DNA from: a virus
DNA length: 46,550 bases
Reading direction: 5' to 3' (one strand)
Virus genome (UHGV): UHGV-0289467
Notes under the pieces: model-generated
Told to the model about the DNA's origin: nothing
Seen by the model: the letters and a program-made list of their open reading frames with translations, nothing else
Database searches by the model: none
Made by a program: the position numbers and the translations under genes
Shown: one piece after another, positions 27,025 to 38,112 of the stretch
Position numbering within the stretch: the first letter of the stretch is position 1
Layout: the number at the start of each line of letters is the position of its first letter

Positions 27025-27683
27025 TGAAATTTTCAGAACAGAAAGCAAACCTGATTAAGGCTCTGGTAGAGGCGCGAAAGGTGATGAGCAGCAGCGCTAA
27101 AAAGAACGCGCAAAACCCGCACCTTAAAAGCAACTACGCTAACCTTGAGTCATTCCTGAATGCTATCAGGCCAGCGCTTGAGGCTAACGGTCTTATCATC
27201 ATCCAGAACGCCATTGAGAGCGATACGGTTGATGTTTTGAAGTTGGAAACGACGATCATGCATGAGTCTGGTGAATACATGTCTTCAGTTATGCCAATGC
27301 CGGTTGCCAAGAAAGATGCGCAGGGTTATGGCTCTGCAATGACGTATGCTCGCCGCTACTCTATTGCGTCCATGTTCGGTATTGCGCAGGCTGATGACGA
27401 TGGCAATGCCGCGAGGAAGTCACCTAAGGATGCAGCCGCACTCATTCGTTCAGCAGCAAGCATGGATGAGCTTACCGCTATTTATGGTGAAGAATACAAA
27501 TCATTCCGTGGTGATGACGCTGCTACTCGCGTAATCGTCGGCGCATACCAGGAAATGAAAGCGAAATTCATTGCTGGCGGCAGTGATTTCAACCCGGCCA
27601 AACTCCAGAAAGCAGAGGCGCCTGCGCCATCTGCAACCGAAGAGAAGCCATCAACATCTCAACAGAACATCGAAAACTTTTAA
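27024..27683 (+). CDS. Erf-family single-strand annealing protein
   Basis: 219 aa; …NPHLKSNYANLESFLNAIRPALEANGL…GYGSAMTYARRYSIASMFGI… matches the Erf core. Confidence 0.75.
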   Translation: MKFSEQKANLIKALVEARKVMSSSAKKNAQNPHLKSNYANLESFLNAIRPALEANGLIIIQNAIESDTVDVLKLETTIMHESGEYMSSVMPMPVAKKDAQGYGSAMTYARRYSIASMFGIAQADDDGNAARKSPKDAAALIRSAASMDELTAIYGEEYKSFRGDDAATRVIVGAYQEMKAKFIAGGSDFNPAKLQKAEAPAPSATEEKPSTSQQNIENF

Positions 27684-27692
27684 GGGTAAATT

Positions 27693-28196
27693 ATGGCATC
27701 TCGCGGAATCAACAAAGTAATCATTTTGGGCGCTCTCGGACAAGACCCTGAGGTTAAATATATGCCATCTGGCGGCGCCGTGTGCAACCTTTCTCTGGCA
27801 ACGTCAGAACAGTGGAATGATAAATCCACAGGGGAAAAGAAAGAGCAGACAGAATGGCATCGTGTGGTTATCTTCGGAAAGCTGGCGGAGGTGGCTGGCG
27901 AATACCTGCGCAAAGGCTCTCAGGTATACATAGAGGGTAAATTACGCACTCGAAAATGGACAGATCAAAGCGGTGTTGAAAAATACACTACTGAAATTGT
28001 CTTGCAGCCTATGAACGGCGTTATGCAAATGATTGGTGGTAAATCAAGTGATAATGGAAACCAACAATCACAGCAGCGACAACAACCAGGAAGCAATCAG
28101 CAGTCAGGATGGGGTAAACCTCAGCAACCATCAAGCACAAAAAAAACACCGGCAAACGAGCCGCCGATGGATTTCGACGATGATATTCCGTTTTGA
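27693..28196 (+). CDS. ssb: single-stranded DNA-binding protein (SSB)
   Basis: OB-fold N-terminus [20 protein letters not shown]…, Gly/Gln-rich linker and canonical acidic tail MDFDDDIPF. Confidence 0.95.
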   Translation: MASRGINKVIILGALGQDPEVKYMPSGGAVCNLSLATSEQWNDKSTGEKKEQTEWHRVVIFGKLAEVAGEYLRKGSQVYIEGKLRTRKWTDQSGVEKYTTEIVLQPMNGVMQMIGGKSSDNGNQQSQQRQQPGSNQQSGWGKPQQPSSTKKTPANEPPMDFDDDIPF

Positions 28197-28225
28197 GTTT
28201 TCAAAAAACAACATAAGGTATATGA

Positions 28226-28458
28226 CTATGAAAGATGAACATGGTGTTGATGTAATTTTAGGTAATCCGTACTTATACATATACGGGATGCCAGGGCCTG
28301 ATACAACACTGGTTATCGCAAAGTAATTCAAAAATGATAAAGTTTTATGTTTCGATGTTTATTCGGAACGTGATATTGAATTAGACCCTGGAGAACTTTT
28401 CCAGCGCAAAGAGACAGCATGGACAGATCAGGAAATTCGTAAGGTTTTTGATTTTTAA
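28226..28458 (+). other. coding-like frame interrupted by in-frame TAA (32 codons + TAA + 43 codons)
   Basis: ATG 28226 …LVIAK then TAA at 28324-28326, same frame stays open to TAA at 28456-28458 encoding FKNDKVLCFDVYSERDIELDPGELFQRKETAWTDQEIRKVFDF. Confidence 0.35.
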
Positions 28459-28510
28459 GGTAATTTTATGTTCATGCTACATCATAACTATAGATTGAAA
28501 ATTTAAAATA

Positions 28511-28535
28511 AAAGGGGCGCAAGCCCCTTAAACTA
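28511..28535. terminator. bidirectional rho-independent terminator
   Basis: AAAAGGGGCgcaaGCCCCTT hairpin between convergent units. Confidence 0.65.
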
Positions 28536-28677
28536 TCTTAAATGTCAATTCTTCTTCGCCAGAAAACCCATTGTTCATTAAGTAATCTAACACATAATCT
28601 TGTTTTTCAATTTCGTCGGAAAACGATGAGCCGCCATCATCAATTTCCACTGTAACCGGAATAGCGCCAGTTGTCAT
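28528..28677 (-). CDS. hypothetical small acidic protein (49 aa) downstream of tail spike
   Basis: below track cutoff; ATG at 28677. Confidence 0.3.
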   Translation of the reverse strand: MTTGAIPVTVEIDDGGSSFSDEIEKQDYVLDYLMNNGFSGEEELTFKIV

Positions 28678-28710
28678 AAACCACACATTTACTTTTAACA
28701 TTTAACACCT

Positions 28711-30693
28711 CTATGTAAAATTAATAATGAAATTGTCGACGTCGATCACCGCACCTTCACGGCAGCGGATAGATACTTCGCAGTACTCAGCGGCTTGTGG
28801 CACGCGACCCTGTATGAACCGTCCTACAGATTGCCATCCGCTTGGGGTGTTAGTAAAATTACTACTTGCACCTGATTTGAGGGGGTTGCCAGCCCTATCG
28901 TAAAATGTAACGGTTAACGCCCCTGCTGTTGTTCCTGTTCCAGCCGTTATTGTATTGATTTGACACGTTGTCGAGTAATAACCATGCTGTGTTACTTTTA
29001 CCTTTTGAACTAAGAAGCAACTTAACGACCCGAACGATGTCATTCTCGCACCATAAGTGCCTGTTTTCTTATATTCTGTACCAATTACACATGTTTGACT
29101 GGAAGAACTCTGATTATTAAATGTCCACGATGATAAATCCCCTGTCTCAAATCCGGGATTCAATGTTGGGTTAAGGGATTTATGGAGTGGAATATTTCCC
29201 GCCCCGGACAAGATATCTCCTATACAATGACTTGCGGTAACATACCCATCTCCCTCAACGAAAGTTCTTAATCCTTCGTCTCCATTCTGAAAGAGGTAAT
29301 CATTTCCTGGTGTTTTAACAAGAGTTACATCGATGAAGGCGTTTGCCCCAACGTAGAATAGTGGTCTCGTTTGCAGCGACGGGTTGTTACACACAAGTGT
29401 ACACCCATTAAGGATGAGTCGCGCCGCAGTTCCTGTTACTTCCCCGTAGCGATACCACGCTGACGCCCCTGGATTTTCAATATTAGCTGCCGAATCCAAG
29501 ATGACCATGGCACCGTTACCAGTTATCTTAATCGGGGTATTCAATACCGATGTGCCAGGCATCCCAATGGCAAAACTTGCGCATTCAACAAGTATCGGGC
29601 ATCCTTTCATGTCGAATATTTTGCAGTTCTGGAATGTAATGGATTCACCAGAATCAGTAAGACCAGCCGGGAAATGCATAGCGTATGTTCCGGCAGTTTC
29701 CATCATAAAGCCGCAGTTTAAGAACTTATAACGCCAGGTACTATTAGAGCCACCCACGACAATATCTGCCGTTGAGAACATACAGTTTTCAATCTTACAG
29801 TCGCCGTTGTACGTACCATTGGCCGAGTCATTATTGTTGCCAACGAGCAGTAATCGCTGCCCTACCCCCTGTATAGCACCCTTAACACGGACGCCTTTCA
29901 TAGAGGTGCAGTGATTTAGCATTCCACTGGGGTATGCCCTGCTGGAGTGTACCCAGACGCAGTAAGTGCTGGTTGCAGCGGTGAAGTCTAGATATGCAAT
30001 CCCATTAGAACACCCAAAGGAGTAATACCCCAAATCGACTTCTATACCTTCAGTAAGATTGTAGGTCTTACTTGGTTGTAATTCGACGTCTACACCATTT
30101 GTCTTTGCATATGAAAGGGCTGCTTTCACCCGCTCTGTGTCAGTGCCGTTGAAGTCCTCTGGCATTATGAACTTAGTGCGTCGGTTTAAGATATTTAGGT
30201 AATTACTTAGTAGTATACCGTCGGAATGTCTTACCAAAGATGTACCAGGTATAGTAGACGATGCTAACTCCTGTCTTAAGTTAGCATCACCAACACTTAC
30301 CAGATGAGTAATATCAACAGCCCATGAAGTGCTATTTATCCCTGTGGTTATGTATGGTGGGTTAGTGGCCGCATTTAAACGCCAGAATTCATTCTGATAA
30401 CGAATAATCTGATTACGAGCGGCAATTGTATACGGCCCATTTTCATAGTCTCCTAAAAACTGGTAACCAGAGTTTAAGAGGAATTGCTGAAAATCAGACT
30501 CCCTTTGAGTCTGAGCTGCCTGGAACTGGTTATTCCTTCCGGTATTAGTCAGCCTCTGCACGCCGAATCGGTCGGTGTAGTAATCAGCGCTTCCGTTAAC
30601 CTCTTCATCAATCTTCCCGGCGTTAAACTTCAGGTCACGCGGGTCTTCAGAAGGGATTGGGTTGCTAGTTGGGGTAGTAGCCATCTGCTGCAA
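28711..30693 (-). CDS. tail spike / tail fibre with depolymerase-like beta-helix and C-terminal carbohydrate-binding-like domain
   Basis: 660 aa; conserved phage N-terminal anchor (…IPSEDPRDLKFNAGKIDE…); central region with periodic N/C/G-rich short strands typical of right-handed beta-helix pectate-lyase fold; C-terminal ~150 aa jelly-roll-like (…GFETGDLSSWTFN…). Confidence 0.7.
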   Translation of the reverse strand: MQQMATTPTSNPIPSEDPRDLKFNAGKIDEEVNGSADYYTDRFGVQRLTNTGRNNQFQAAQTQRESDFQQFLLNSGYQFLGDYENGPYTIAARNQIIRYQNEFWRLNAATNPPYITTGINSTSWAVDITHLVSVGDANLRQELASSTIPGTSLVRHSDGILLSNYLNILNRRTKFIMPEDFNGTDTERVKAALSYAKTNGVDVELQPSKTYNLTEGIEVDLGYYSFGCSNGIAYLDFTAATSTYCVWVHSSRAYPSGMLNHCTSMKGVRVKGAIQGVGQRLLLVGNNNDSANGTYNGDCKIENCMFSTADIVVGGSNSTWRYKFLNCGFMMETAGTYAMHFPAGLTDSGESITFQNCKIFDMKGCPILVECASFAIGMPGTSVLNTPIKITGNGAMVILDSAANIENPGASAWYRYGEVTGTAARLILNGCTLVCNNPSLQTRPLFYVGANAFIDVTLVKTPGNDYLFQNGDEGLRTFVEGDGYVTASHCIGDILSGAGNIPLHKSLNPTLNPGFETGDLSSWTFNNQSSSSQTCVIGTEYKKTGTYGARMTSFGSLSCFLVQKVKVTQHGYYSTTCQINTITAGTGTTAGALTVTFYDRAGNPLKSGASSNFTNTPSGWQSVGRFIQGRVPQAAEYCEVSIRCREGAVIDVDNFIINFT

Positions 30694-30722
30694 TCTCCGT
30701 AATCATTAATTACCCTATTGTA

Positions 30723-33212
30723 TCATGCAACAGGGTTGGTGTAGGTGTACATGGCGTCATTGTACTCAGTTACGGTGAGAGACACTGTGCCATCTGTACC
30801 TGGAGTTTTTTGGCTAACTGTCCATAACGTTGAATCAAGCTCAACCTCTGTGGAGATGGCATATCTTGATTCTGACTGAACATTAACACCATCAAAAATG
30901 TTTAACTCGAAATCAGATGGCAATGCGCACTCGAATGTATTCAGTCCGGTAACGGTACAAGCCAGGCGTTCTGACACATTCCCATTGGCGCCGGTGATGA
31001 CCACAAACAGACCGCTTTCTGCCGTGAGCTGTTCACTGGTGGTAAATACGTTTCCAGACCTTGAGCGGATAACGCCAGTCTGCTGCACTGAATCATAAAT
31101 GTCGACAACGGAAATCATATCGCCGACGTTCACCCACTCGCCATCAGCAAGCGCCTTTATCTCCATGCTGCGACGTGAGTACATCAGGCGATTGCATTCA
31201 AGCATGGCCCGGTCTGTTGCCTGATACAGGTTCCGAACATATAACATGTCGAATTTTTTCGGCTTAGTCGGCTCTCCCGGTTCGATACCAGATGCCCCAA
31301 CTTTATAATAAACGTAAGCCTGTTTGTTGGTGTTTGGGTCGCGGTACTGAACGCTTACGCCATCATATGAACCAGGCAAAGTCATGTCATAAGACATTTT
31401 ATAGCCATCAGCCTGTGTGTTTCTGGTATTAAACACAGTTTCAGGGGTTGATTTTTGCTCATCTCTTGAGAAAGATAGGACGCCATCCTCCCAAAATACA
31501 GTTACGCGAGCTGCATCACAGATGGTCTGAATTCGCTCGCCGATCGATTTATCCTCATCGTCAAATGTGTAATCAAAATACCCAAGGCGCTCATCAGGCA
31601 GCGCATCAGCTATTTCATAGAGCCTTCCAACGTCAATGGTGCTTTCAGGCTGACCAGCAGTAATAAGCCAGTTATGCAGCACTGAATCTGCAAAACTTCT
31701 TGATGGAGTTAACGTATAGTCGACTGTCCCGGTTGTTCTGTTATATCCGATAGTCCAGCGGGTGATTAGCGCGTTATACTTTCTTTCTCTGCTACCGGTG
31801 GCGTTTTCTGTCGCTCTAACAACTACCTTAACAATTGTGTCATCATGATAGGATACGTTTTCCCTCTTTATTATTGTATGGACCTCGTCAACCTGAATGA
31901 TTGAGTGGTCATTGCTGTTGTTGGTTCTTGAAAACTGTATTGCATATCTCCCGAATCCAGCTGATGGGGTTAATTTTATTGTGTAAAAGTAATTGTCTGT
32001 CCTTGGTGCTGCGCCAGTTTCAAAAAAATGCTCCTCCTTTGTTCCGGGTATTTGTTCGTTATTATCATCGACTTTCCACCACTCAATCTTCACATTTGCG
32101 TAGTCTTTATCTCCAAGCTGTGCTATGAAATGCACCCAAAGCTCGCCGCCCTCTATTGGAGAGAAATATGGGCCAGATACCAGCGGCTGATTGTCAGTTA
32201 ATGAAAATAACGTATTATTTATTGTCACTCCATCAAGGGATGAGATTGGCGCTCCGCCATAATTTATTGAGTTTATTGTAAATTCGTACCAGTAATCCAC
32301 AGGAGGGATTAATCCATCATTTTTTTCTTCTGCGAATGTCAGGTTTCCAGATAATGTAACATCCGCTGTTGTGCTACCCCCAGGAGTTGGGTAGGTTATG
32401 TTTAGTTCAAAAACAATAGCATGCGGCATGGTAAGGCCTACAAAATAGTCGAAATCACTATTTTTTGGTATTTTTATGAGCAGCTCGCCGGATGCAAAGT
32501 CGGAATCACTTACCGTTGTCGTGGTGGCTGTCTCAATTTGCACTGGAGGAGGATCAACACTCAACTCATTTGGTCCGTATAATTCCTGACCATCAACATC
32601 ATCAAAAGCATAAGGCTCATATATTACAGGTATAATTTCTCCAGGGTTATATATTGTATATGATGCACCAGCAAGCGAGCCAAGGTTTGACTCTGAATAC
32701 CTGACTGATGATACGGTGTACTTCCCAAGACCGAAGTTCATTATTTCTGTAACATATTTTATGTTATTTATGTATTCAAAAAGTGACTCTTGAATGAGGT
32801 CTGGATAACTCCTGACTTGCCCAAAATTATCAGGTCTGGCCTCACCATTTCTTGCCGTGTTTGTCTGCGCTTTGAGTGAGTTGTTTGGCGATGACTTTGA
32901 TGTTTCTGAGTTGATTGACGGCGTTGATGCTTTTGGCAACAGAAAAGAAAGCACCTTCGTTACAGGCTTGAGTATCGTGCTGATAAGGTCGCCAATGGCG
33001 CCGCGAGGCTGGCAGTAAATGTTAACAATATCGTTTTGCTTTAACGATATCGACAATTCATCATCAGGGCCAAAAATGCGGCCATTCAGTGCAATCCTGA
33101 TATCAGATGGAAGGCTGGAATTCTCCAGCCATCTCCACAGATTAGTGCCAGCAGGAACATTACCCGTCTCTTTTGGAACTCCTGGCATCTTCTGAATGTG
33201 AATAACCGGCAT
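30723..33212 (-). CDS. tail tip / central fibre protein (lambda J-like), N-terminus possibly gpI-like
   Basis: 829 aa, last large gene of tail-tip block after K-like gene. Confidence 0.6.
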   Translation of the reverse strand: MPVIHIQKMPGVPKETGNVPAGTNLWRWLENSSLPSDIRIALNGRIFGPDDELSISLKQNDIVNIYCQPRGAIGDLISTILKPVTKVLSFLLPKASTPSINSETSKSSPNNSLKAQTNTARNGEARPDNFGQVRSYPDLIQESLFEYINNIKYVTEIMNFGLGKYTVSSVRYSESNLGSLAGASYTIYNPGEIIPVIYEPYAFDDVDGQELYGPNELSVDPPPVQIETATTTTVSDSDFASGELLIKIPKNSDFDYFVGLTMPHAIVFELNITYPTPGGSTTADVTLSGNLTFAEEKNDGLIPPVDYWYEFTINSINYGGAPISSLDGVTINNTLFSLTDNQPLVSGPYFSPIEGGELWVHFIAQLGDKDYANVKIEWWKVDDNNEQIPGTKEEHFFETGAAPRTDNYFYTIKLTPSAGFGRYAIQFSRTNNSNDHSIIQVDEVHTIIKRENVSYHDDTIVKVVVRATENATGSRERKYNALITRWTIGYNRTTGTVDYTLTPSRSFADSVLHNWLITAGQPESTIDVGRLYEIADALPDERLGYFDYTFDDEDKSIGERIQTICDAARVTVFWEDGVLSFSRDEQKSTPETVFNTRNTQADGYKMSYDMTLPGSYDGVSVQYRDPNTNKQAYVYYKVGASGIEPGEPTKPKKFDMLYVRNLYQATDRAMLECNRLMYSRRSMEIKALADGEWVNVGDMISVVDIYDSVQQTGVIRSRSGNVFTTSEQLTAESGLFVVITGANGNVSERLACTVTGLNTFECALPSDFELNIFDGVNVQSESRYAISTEVELDSTLWTVSQKTPGTDGTVSLTVTEYNDAMYTYTNPVA

Positions 33213-33639
33213 AAGTCAGGAACCTTAATTTTGTTGATAATTTTTCGAGTGTTTTAAGGCGGTCTGTCTTGACTGCCGTTTTCTCTCGCGCATGCAGTAT
33301 TTTATCACGACCCCACCACAGCGCGACATGTACCGGGCAACTTCCACGATAGGCGACAACCACATCACCAATTTTTGGATGATCGGTGTCTTTCCAGAAT
33401 GAAACTTCCCCATTGAAACAAGTGACAAAATCGCCGCCATTTGAATATGAGTCATCATGATGAACATTAACATTCATGCACAGGCGATAGAACAGCACCA
33501 CCAGACCCCAGCAGTCCACTGCGTCAACGTGACAACATCTGTCGACGTATGGCTTGCCAAGCATCATCCTCTCAAAATCTTCAAACGGTACGCAGTCCGG
33601 GGAATTCTGTGATGTCATAAAGTTTTGCCACGTTGCCAT
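33160..33639 (-). CDS. tail assembly protein with NlpC/P60 domain (lambda K-like)
   Basis: 159 aa; [12 protein letters not shown] (Cys nucleophile) and downstream His residues typical of NlpC/P60; position between L/M-like and J-like genes. Confidence 0.6.
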   Translation of the reverse strand: MATWQNFMTSQNSPDCVPFEDFERMMLGKPYVDRCCHVDAVDCWGLVVLFYRLCMNVNVHHDDSYSNGGDFVTCFNGEVSFWKDTDHPKIGDVVVAYRGSCPVHVALWWGRDKILHAREKTAVKTDRLKTLEKLSTKLRFLTYAGYSHSEDARSSKRDG

Positions 33640-34051
33640 TGATTGGGTTTTTTATGGAGATGGAGACCGTTACATCAGACTCATCAAGCGTCACATCGTT
33701 CACATAAAGCGTATATGGTTTTAATGGTGTGTTTTTGTCAGTCTCGTCAAAACGCTGGTATAACGCAGTGATAGGCTCAATGCGTCCAGAACCTGACCAT
33801 AACTTTAAATATTGCTTAAAGTCATTTGCCAGTCTCGCAAACTTCAGCGTGGCATTGATTACCGGTGTGTTCGATTGCTGGCTTCTGGTTACATCCATGC
33901 GCACTGGCTGGTAAGTCTGACCGCCAAGTACAATATCAGAAAACTCATTGCCAACAAGCCTGACATAACCAAATGAAGAGTGATAAAAGGTTATGGTGTC
34001 ATACAGCTTCCAGTTTGGCCTTTTTGACTGGTATTCACGCAATGTTGGCAT
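33581..34051 (-). CDS. minor tail protein (lambda L/M-like)
   Basis: 156 aa, position in tail-tip block. Confidence 0.45.
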   Translation of the reverse strand: MPTLREYQSKRPNWKLYDTITFYHSSFGYVRLVGNEFSDIVLGGQTYQPVRMDVTRSQQSNTPVINATLKFARLANDFKQYLKLWSGSGRIEPITALYQRFDETDKNTPLKPYTLYVNDVTLDESDVTVSISIKNPINGNVAKLYDITEFPGLRTV

Positions 34052-34229
34052 TATGGATACTCCTGAAGAAATCTTGAAATACTGATGTATATATCATACA
34101 CTACTCATGTCGCATAGGCGTGGAACCCGAAACGGCAAGCAAGCAACAATAAATTTAACGCCCTTGCCAGTATGGTTTTGTTGCAACCATGTTCCACCTG
34201 GCAGGGGCGTTACTTTTTTGGAGATAGCT

Positions 34230-34721
34230 ATGATTACGCAAAAAGAGCTTAGGTCGTTACTATCATACAACGCAGATAGCGGTGTTTTTAGATGGCTTGT
34301 TAATAAATAATTTTCCGTGAAAAAGGGTGATGTTGCCGGAAGGAAAAATAAAAGCAGCTACATCACAATAATGATTGATGGAGTTAGATATCAAGCAAGC
34401 CATTTGGCGTGGCTGTATGTAAATGGCGAGATGCCATCGAGGGCAATAGATCACATCAATGGCATTAGGAGTGATAATAGAATCATCAATCTAAGGGAGG
34501 CTACGCTATCTCAGAACGCAATGAATAGAATTAAGACTGTGAATAACACGTCGGGGTACAAAGGTGTTAGCTTTCACAAGCAAAGCGGTAAGTGGCAGGC
34601 AAGCATAAAGATAAATGGGAAGCAGAAATATTTGGGCTTGTTTTTGTCTCCAAAGCAAGCCCACGATGCATATGTAAACGCCGAAAAAGTTATTTTTGGC
34701 GAATTTAGCAGGTTTTGTTAA
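34230..34721 (+). pseudogene. HNH-AP2 homing endonuclease interrupted by in-frame TAA at 34308-34310
   Basis: ATG 34230 (GGAG RBS) …NADSGVFRWLVNK-TAA-FSVKKGDVAG… then intact HNH core IDHINGIRSDNRIINLREAT and AP2 domain GYKGVSFHKQSGKWQASI…; the segment around the stop aligns with VYENGKLYWKVKPSN of the paralog at 5209; inserted antisense between two minus-strand tail genes. Confidence 0.7.
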
Positions 34722-35191
34722 TCGCTATGCTCTGGTAGCTCTCTGTTTACAGTTTCATCAAGGAAGCTATACCATCTCTCATCAAGCTCAACAAGCACAT
34801 CATCAAATTCATCCATGGAGTTATTGAGGGTTTTACAGATGACATTTCCAGTCCATGTGACGATGCCGCCATTGATGCTTGTCTGCACGGGGTAATCAGT
34901 AAAGTGCAAAGTCTGATTCTGTAATCCGCTGCCACCAAGATCGATATCCATCGTGAACCATTCATTGCAGTGGTTTAGGTATTTGCTGCTTCTTAACCAC
35001 TGAATAAAAGCTCGCTCCTGCCTGAGCGTGAAAACCCATGTCAAACTCCATGTTACTGCAACATCGGTCGTTAACTTTTGAAATATTGGCGCTCCTACCG
35101 CAGGCTGATCGCTGCGGAATGGGGTTTGAGTCGTCATGTTCTTGCTGGCACGCTGCGCAAGCGGCAGCCATGATGGGTAAGCTATAGCCAT
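34718..35191 (-). CDS. minor tail protein (lambda M-like)
   Basis: 157 aa immediately downstream of tape measure gene. Confidence 0.45.
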   Translation of the reverse strand: MAIAYPSWLPLAQRASKNMTTQTPFRSDQPAVGAPIFQKLTTDVAVTWSLTWVFTLRQERAFIQWLRSSKYLNHCNEWFTMDIDLGGSGLQNQTLHFTDYPVQTSINGGIVTWTGNVICKTLNNSMDEFDDVLVELDERWYSFLDETVNRELPEHSD

Positions 35192-38112
35192 TATTCTGTT
35201 GCCCTTCTGGTTGCAGTGGTGTTGCTGGTAATAGCCTGAGAAATGGGCCCGCCACTCTCGATATCTGCCACAATCGTCTCAATTGTAACAGACCCATCAC
35301 CGTTATCTCTTGCGGTTGATGAGGCCGTTGCCCCACTGCTGTTATTGGTGACATTATTATAAATAATGATACCACTGCCACCGCCGGTAAGATCTTTGTT
35401 GCTGATAACCTTTCCGTTGTCGCCAGGTATCATGTACTGATTGCCATTGCTGGCCTGGAAGATTTCAGGTAGGTTGTTCTCGCCGACCTGATACATTGAG
35501 CCAGCCTGCGCAGGCCCACCATTCTTTAATGCCCCGGCAACAGACATTGCTTTAGCAACACCAATGGTGGAAACAATGCCAGCCTGTGCAGGTACTGCGT
35601 TAGCACCACCCGTGGCAAGTGATGTCATCGCTGCTGCTGGTGCCATGGCTGCTGCTATTCCTGCCGCCTGAGCAGCGGTTGCGGCAGATGCTGCCGCCAT
35701 CCCTGCCTGCCCCATAATCACCGATTTAAGCCACTCCACACCCATCTGAACGAAAGAGTTAATAACCGCATTTAACACATTGCTCCCTATTGACTGTAGC
35801 GCATCACTAACAGACATTGAGCCAGTCAGAACGCCAGTTAAGGCATTGCTTGCGGTTTGCCCAAAAGCATCAAATGCAGCCGCCGCCGCTTGCGTAGCCG
35901 CATTCTGCTGGCTCCACTCCTGCCACATGGCATCAAGGCGCTGCTGGCGGTATTGCTCCTCAATAGCTGCTCTGGCCTGCTGCACCTCCGCTATCTTTTG
36001 CGGGTAAGCCACCGCGTAAGCATTGAGCGCTGCTAAATCTTTCTGATAATTTGTTTCAACGGCAAACATTGGGGATGTCTGCGATTTTAATGCAGCGAAT
36101 CCCTTGACAGCTTCGACCCTTTGTTTCTCCGCCTCTGCCTGAGCCTTGAGCGCGTTGGCATTATCCCATGCCTTGGCTTTATATTCTCCAGCGAGTCTTA
36201 TTTGCTTCTTTGTAGCGCCTTTTCCTAGTGATTGTTGAGCCTGTAGTATTGCTTGCTCGCGGGATAGTTCTCTTGTGCTATCTGCTGTTAATAAGGATTC
36301 CTGTCGTAACTGCTCTAGTTTATTAGCGACATTCTCCTGCTCTGTGGCTGCTTTTTGCGCCGCTGACTGTGCAGCGCTTTGTGCGCTATGCTCATTCCTC
36401 AGGGATTGTGCATTTTTCTCCTGCTGCTGATAGGTTTGCAGGCGAACATTGTAATAGTCACGGAATGCCTGAGTCCCGGCTTTTAGACCCTGATTCTCAG
36501 CGTCACGCCACGCCAGAGCTTTCTGCTTCTCTACACCAGTCTGTCTTTCGATGAAAAGCGTCTGCCTGGCCTGCTTCAACGCCTTATCCTGAGAGTCAGT
36601 TAACTCATCAGTCATTTGCTTTAGCAGTCGAAGTCGCTGTGTTGCATCAGCGCTGCTGGTTGCAATCTCAAGCAGTCTCTTTGCGTACTCCCTCGCCGTT
36701 GCTGCGCCGCTGGATGTTCCCTCACCGACTCGTTGCAGGGTGACAATCAGAGCCTGCAATTTCTCATCAGATGGGTTTTTTGCAATATCAGAAAGCTGTT
36801 TTGCGAACTCGAAAGCCTGCTGGTCTGAGAGTTGGAATTTACCAGCTAACGCGCCTACCGTGGCAATCATGCCATTCATTGACGTCTGACCGGCCTGGCC
36901 CGCTGCTGACGCTTGTTTAATGGCTTCCGTCCAGCTATTCGTTGTGATATTAAGCTGCGACATGTAGTCATTGAATAGCTTCACGCTGGCATAGCCACCA
37001 CCAAGCGATGAAACAAGCGAATCGCCAAATCCGATAAAGTCACTTGATGCCTTTGTGACTTCCGCTGAGACTTTAGACAGGGCTGCCTGCAACTCAAGCT
37101 GCGCCTGCTGGCGCATTAGAGTAGCTACCGCTGAATTGGCTTTTGCAAGCTGGGCGAATTTGTCGGTATAGACAGCGACACCAGAAGATGAAACCGACAC
37201 GACGCTATCCATGGTCGCTATGGCTTCTTTCAGTGAATCAACTGCGTTTTTGCCGTTTCCGAGTGACGCTATCAGTGAGCCAGCAATAACCGTTGCAATG
37301 GTCAGCACGGCACCTGCAACGGGGCTAAACACCGAAGCCAGCTGCGAACCTTGCTGACTAAATGCCACCAGAGCAGACTGTCCTCCCTGAACCTGAACGA
37401 TAAAGTCCTGTATCTGATAGCCACCCTGCTGCATTATATTTTTAAAGTTACCGGTAGACTTTCCGGCGGCCTCGGTGCCATTTTTCATGTCGTACAGGCG
37501 GCCAGTAAGCTCAGCTATTTTTGCTTTCTGTGCGTCAGTGGCACTATCTCCTGCACGAAGCTGTGCGGCCAGTATTGCCGCGCTTCTTGCACCTTTTTCC
37601 GCTTGCTCGTCGAGGATTGCGATCTGGTTTCCAAGACTCTCAATCATCCTGTCAATGCCAGATATTGAGCCACCCGTTTCAGTTGACTGAGTGCCAAGCG
37701 CACGAATTGCCTGAGTGACCTGATTGACTGAGTTTTGAAGTGCAAGGCCGGTTGCGTTCGCGGATACCTGCGCCTGCTGCATCTGTGCGAGCTGTTGGTT
37801 TAGTGCTGCAATAACTTGCTCTGCACCAGTGACGCTTGAGGTTGTAGCTTCTACTGAGCTGGCGGCAGTCTTCGACGATGAGGCCATATCCTTCAGCGTT
37901 GCATCAATGGAGCTTACAATTTTTGCCAGGGCTGAAAGCTCTTTGCCAGATGATGATGCCGCACCATCCAGCTTATCCATGCTTTTTGATGAGTTCTGTG
38001 CTGACTTGTCAATGCTGTCAAGTGCATCTTCTGCCTGTTTAGCGCCAGCAGTGAGGCCTGAAACCTCCATGCCAACCTCATAGACAATGCCGCCAACTTC
38101 TTCTGCCATCAT
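35191..38112 (-). CDS. tail tape measure protein
   Basis: 973 aa, extremely Ala/Gln/Ser-rich with long predicted coiled coils; located between chaperone and tail-tip genes. Confidence 0.85.
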   Translation of the reverse strand: MMAEEVGGIVYEVGMEVSGLTAGAKQAEDALDSIDKSAQNSSKSMDKLDGAASSSGKELSALAKIVSSIDATLKDMASSSKTAASSVEATTSSVTGAEQVIAALNQQLAQMQQAQVSANATGLALQNSVNQVTQAIRALGTQSTETGGSISGIDRMIESLGNQIAILDEQAEKGARSAAILAAQLRAGDSATDAQKAKIAELTGRLYDMKNGTEAAGKSTGNFKNIMQQGGYQIQDFIVQVQGGQSALVAFSQQGSQLASVFSPVAGAVLTIATVIAGSLIASLGNGKNAVDSLKEAIATMDSVVSVSSSGVAVYTDKFAQLAKANSAVATLMRQQAQLELQAALSKVSAEVTKASSDFIGFGDSLVSSLGGGYASVKLFNDYMSQLNITTNSWTEAIKQASAAGQAGQTSMNGMIATVGALAGKFQLSDQQAFEFAKQLSDIAKNPSDEKLQALIVTLQRVGEGTSSGAATAREYAKRLLEIATSSADATQRLRLLKQMTDELTDSQDKALKQARQTLFIERQTGVEKQKALAWRDAENQGLKAGTQAFRDYYNVRLQTYQQQEKNAQSLRNEHSAQSAAQSAAQKAATEQENVANKLEQLRQESLLTADSTRELSREQAILQAQQSLGKGATKKQIRLAGEYKAKAWDNANALKAQAEAEKQRVEAVKGFAALKSQTSPMFAVETNYQKDLAALNAYAVAYPQKIAEVQQARAAIEEQYRQQRLDAMWQEWSQQNAATQAAAAAFDAFGQTASNALTGVLTGSMSVSDALQSIGSNVLNAVINSFVQMGVEWLKSVIMGQAGMAAASAATAAQAAGIAAAMAPAAAMTSLATGGANAVPAQAGIVSTIGVAKAMSVAGALKNGGPAQAGSMYQVGENNLPEIFQASNGNQYMIPGDNGKVISNKDLTGGGSGIIIYNNVTNNSSGATASSTARDNGDGSVTIETIVADIESGGPISQAITSNTTATRRATE

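Noticed and set aside
28336-28390. ATG-initiated ORF at 28336 (MIKFYVSMFIRNVILN)
   Set aside because: It terminates after 16 codons. The protein-like signal in this region belongs to the frame continuing from the stop-interrupted ORF at 28226.
34190-34215. TGGCAG-N5-TTACT resembling a sigma54 -24/-12 promoter upstream of the HNH gene at 34230
   Set aside because: The -12 GC dinucleotide is not present (TTAC rather than TTGC), and no enhancer-binding-protein context exists. Probably chance.
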